This document shows positions 61,609-64,000 of a DNA stretch of 64,000 bases, piece after piece. Location: positions 7,094 through 71,093 of the forward strand of contig CAWJPQ010000002.1 of assembly GCA_963844825.1 (NCBI GenBank), written 5' to 3'. How positions within the stretch are numbered: position 1 is the first letter of the stretch; every line of letters starts with the position of its first letter. The notes below the pieces were generated by a model that saw nothing but the letters and a program-made list of their open reading frames with translations, was not told the origin of the DNA and searched no databases. The DNA comes from an uncultured Gammaproteobacteria bacterium. GTDB lineage: Bacteria; Pseudomonadota; Gammaproteobacteria; CAWJPQ01. A program made the position numbers and the translations under genes.

Positions 61609-62695
61609 CTAAATTGTCTGCCGCAGGGCGGCGACCACCGCATCGCCCATTTCCGAGGTACTGACCTTGCGCGTACCCTCGGTATGGATATCGACCGTAC
61701 GCAAGCCCTGTTCCAGGACATCGCCCACGGCCGTCTCCAGCTGGGTGGCCAGATCGGCCCGCTCCAGAGAATAACGCAGCATCATGGCCACGCCCAGGAT
61801 GGTGGCCAGGGGGTTGGCGATCCCCTGCCCCGCGATATCCGGGGCGGACCCGTGGATGGGCTCATACATCCCCTTGCCCGCCTCGTCCAGGGAGGCCGAC
61901 GGCAGCATGCCGATGGATCCCGTCAACATTGCGGCACAATCCGACAGAATGTCGCCGAACATGTTGGTGGTGACCATGACGTCGAACTGCTTCGGGGCAC
62001 GCACCAGCTGCATGGCGGCGTTGTCCACGTACATGTGGGACAGGCTCACCTCCGGGTACTCGCGGGCCGCCTCGGTCACCACCTCGCGCCACAGGGCGGT
62101 ACACTCCAGGACATTGGCCTTGTCCACGGAACACACCCGCTTGTCCGCGCTTCATGGCGATGTCGAAGGCCACCCTGGCGATGCGCCGGATCTCGGACTC
62201 CTTGTAGACCAGGGTATTGACCCCCTGGCGCTCGCCGTTGTCCAGGGTCTGCACGCCGCGCGGCTCGCCGAAGTAGATGCCGCCGGTGAGCTCGCGCACG
62301 ATCATGATGTCCAGCCCGGCCACCACCTCGGGGCGCAGGGCGGATGCACCGGCCAATTGCGGGTAGAGGATGGCCGGGCGCAGATTGGCGAACAGGTTCA
62401 GGCCGGCGCGCAGCCCCAACAGGCCCTTTTCGGGGCGCAGGGCCATGTCCAGGTTGTCCCAGCGGTAGCCGCCCACCGCCCCGAGCAGGACGGCGTCCGC
62501 CTCGCGGGCCAGGCCCAGGGTCTCCTCGGGCAGGGGGTGGCCGTGGGCGTCATAGGCGCCGCCGCCGATCAGGGCCCGCTCCTGCTCGATGTCCAGGCCG
62601 TGGGCCTGGCGCAGGAAATCGAGGACCTTGACCGCCTCGGCGACCACTTCGGGACCGATGCCGTCCCCGGGCAGGATGAGTAACTTATGTGACAA
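61609..62695 (-). pseudogene. leuB: 3-isopropylmalate dehydrogenase, single frameshift near 62146
   Basis: [17 protein letters not shown]...[12 protein letters not shown]...AFDIAMKR, then the frame changes to (DKR)[16 protein letters not shown]...NMFGDILSD...[12 protein letters not shown]. Removing one G in CGCGGAC restores it. Confidence 0.9.
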
Positions 62696-62993
62696 TGCGG
62701 TATTCCATTCTTTACTTATAGGGAGTTGAACAGTCTTGGGGGCCGGCGACCGTCAGCGCCGGGTCATCACGTGCTTCATATCGTGCAAGCTTCTGAAAAT
62801 TCAATTTTTACATTACACTATCCCCAGCCCGCATCGGTGATCGATCGCGTCGCGCGGACCGGACCTTTAGACTATAAGGGATGATTGATTTTTTGCAATC
62901 GGCAACGGCACAGCCGCCTGAATCATACGCCTGTTACCCCTTCCCGTCCCGGGCGAGTGTGGACGGGCGCATCCCGGCAGACGAGTTCCCATC

Positions 62994-63851
62994 ATGACCG
63001 CGAGCCTCATCGACGGCCGGGCGGTTGCGGAACGGGTTCGCCGGCAAATCAAGGAGGCGGTCGCCAAGCGCCTCGAAAAGCACCTGCGCCCCCCCGGCCT
63101 GGCGGTGGTCCTGGTGGGCCAGGACCCGGCCTCCGAGATCTACGTGCGCAACAAGCGTAAGACCTGCCACGAAATCGGCATGTTGTCCCGCTCCTACGAT
63201 TTTCCCGATGACGTCCCCGAGCAGGAGCTGCTGGCGTTGATCCGCCAGCTCAACCAGGATCCCGAGATCGACGGCATTCTCGTCCAACTGCCCCTGCCCA
63301 AGCACATCGACGCCTCGGCGGTGATCGAGACCATCGCCCCCCACAAGGACGTGGACGGCTTTCACCCCTTCAACCTGGGACGGCTCGCCCAGCGCCGGCC
63401 CATGCTGCGGCCCTGCACGCCCTACGGGGTGATGACCCTGCTGGAGAGCACCGGCCTGCCCGTCAGGGGCCGCGACGCCGTGGTGGTGGGGGCCTCCAAT
63501 ATCGTCGGGCGGCCCATGGTGCTGGAGCTGCTGCTGGCGGGCGCCACGGTCACCAACTGCCACCGCTTCACCCACAACCTGGCCCACCATGTGGGTCAGG
63601 CGGACATCGTGGTCTCCGCCACCGGCCAGACGGGCCTGATCAAGGGCGAGTGGATCAGGGAGGGCGCCATCGTGGTGGATGTGGGCATCAACCGCTGCCC
63701 TGACGGCAAGATCCGCGGCGACGTGGAGTTCGACACCGCCGCCGAACGGGCCGCCTGGATCACCCCCGTACCCGGCGGCGTGGGCCCCATGACCATCGCC
63801 ATGCTGCTCAAGAACACCCTGTTCGCGGCCGAGCATCTGCACGCCCAATAG
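62994..63851 (+). CDS. folD: bifunctional methylenetetrahydrofolate dehydrogenase/cyclohydrolase
   Basis: [23 protein letters not shown]...ILVQLPLP...[13 protein letters not shown]...[11 protein letters not shown]. Confidence 0.95.
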   Translation: MTASLIDGRAVAERVRRQIKEAVAKRLEKHLRPPGLAVVLVGQDPASEIYVRNKRKTCHEIGMLSRSYDFPDDVPEQELLALIRQLNQDPEIDGILVQLPLPKHIDASAVIETIAPHKDVDGFHPFNLGRLAQRRPMLRPCTPYGVMTLLESTGLPVRGRDAVVVGASNIVGRPMVLELLLAGATVTNCHRFTHNLAHHVGQADIVVSATGQTGLIKGEWIREGAIVVDVGINRCPDGKIRGDVEFDTAAERAAWITPVPGGVGPMTIAMLLKNTLFAAEHLHAQ

Positions 63852-63865
63852 GGGGCGGCAGTCGT

Positions 63866-63986
63866 CCCCCTCTCCCTCTGGGATTTATGCCCTTTAGGGT
63901 AGGGGGACGGGGCGAGGGAAGTCAAAAGGGCCTGCAACAAATCCTTTATGATGCCCTCATCCTAACCTTCTCCCGAAGGGAGAAGG
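63866..63986. repeat. REP-like hairpin cluster downstream of folD
   Basis: The 23-mer GGGATTTATGCCCTTTAGGGTAG (63880..63902) is identical to 36423..36445. Also CCTTCTCCC-gaa-GGGAGAAGG (63966..63986). Confidence 0.65.
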
Positions 63987-64000
63987 GACAGTTCCCCCCT

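Overview
This is a high-GC (>60% by eye) gammaproteobacterial-type chromosomal segment made up almost entirely of housekeeping genes. Recognisable blocks are csrA-lysC-alaS-recX-recA-thpR-pncC, psd, efp/epmA/epmB, htpX, parC-parE, xseB-ispA-dxs, queD-folE2, nrdR-ribD-ribE-ribBA-ribH-nusB-thiL, glyA, yajC-secD-secF, tgt-queA, glycogen genes (glgP-like, malQ, glgC, glgB), fimV-asd-leuB and folD. There are three tRNA genes: Arg-ACG, Ser-GCU and Leu-CAA. No rRNA gene or CRISPR array is present. The only clearly accessory DNA is the AT-rich left end (1..~4343). It is the right-hand part of an integrative island next to tRNA-Arg. It carries a frameshifted lambda-type integrase and a tightly coupled operon: MqsR-like toxin, split MqsA-like Zn-ribbon/HTH antitoxin, and a ParA/MinD-fold ATPase with a KGGVGR P-loop. 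The operon runs off the window edge and is the best candidate for an uncharacterised system. Three other points stand out. (1) Many essential genes (alaS, recX, recA, efp, parC, parE, secD, glgB, leuB) are interrupted by single-base indels, several in homopolymers. This most likely reflects sequence errors rather than real decay. (2) Several intergenic repeat families are present: a ~141-bp MITE-like element with perfect 16-bp terminal inverted repeats (two copies, each abutting a TAG stop codon), GC-rich REP-like hairpins, and a 44-bp near-perfect palindrome. (3) A rubrerythrin/HdrD-like Fe-S protein/DUF3501 operon has a 7-1-7 palindrome upstream. Long ORFs antisense to real genes are treated as high-GC artefacts.
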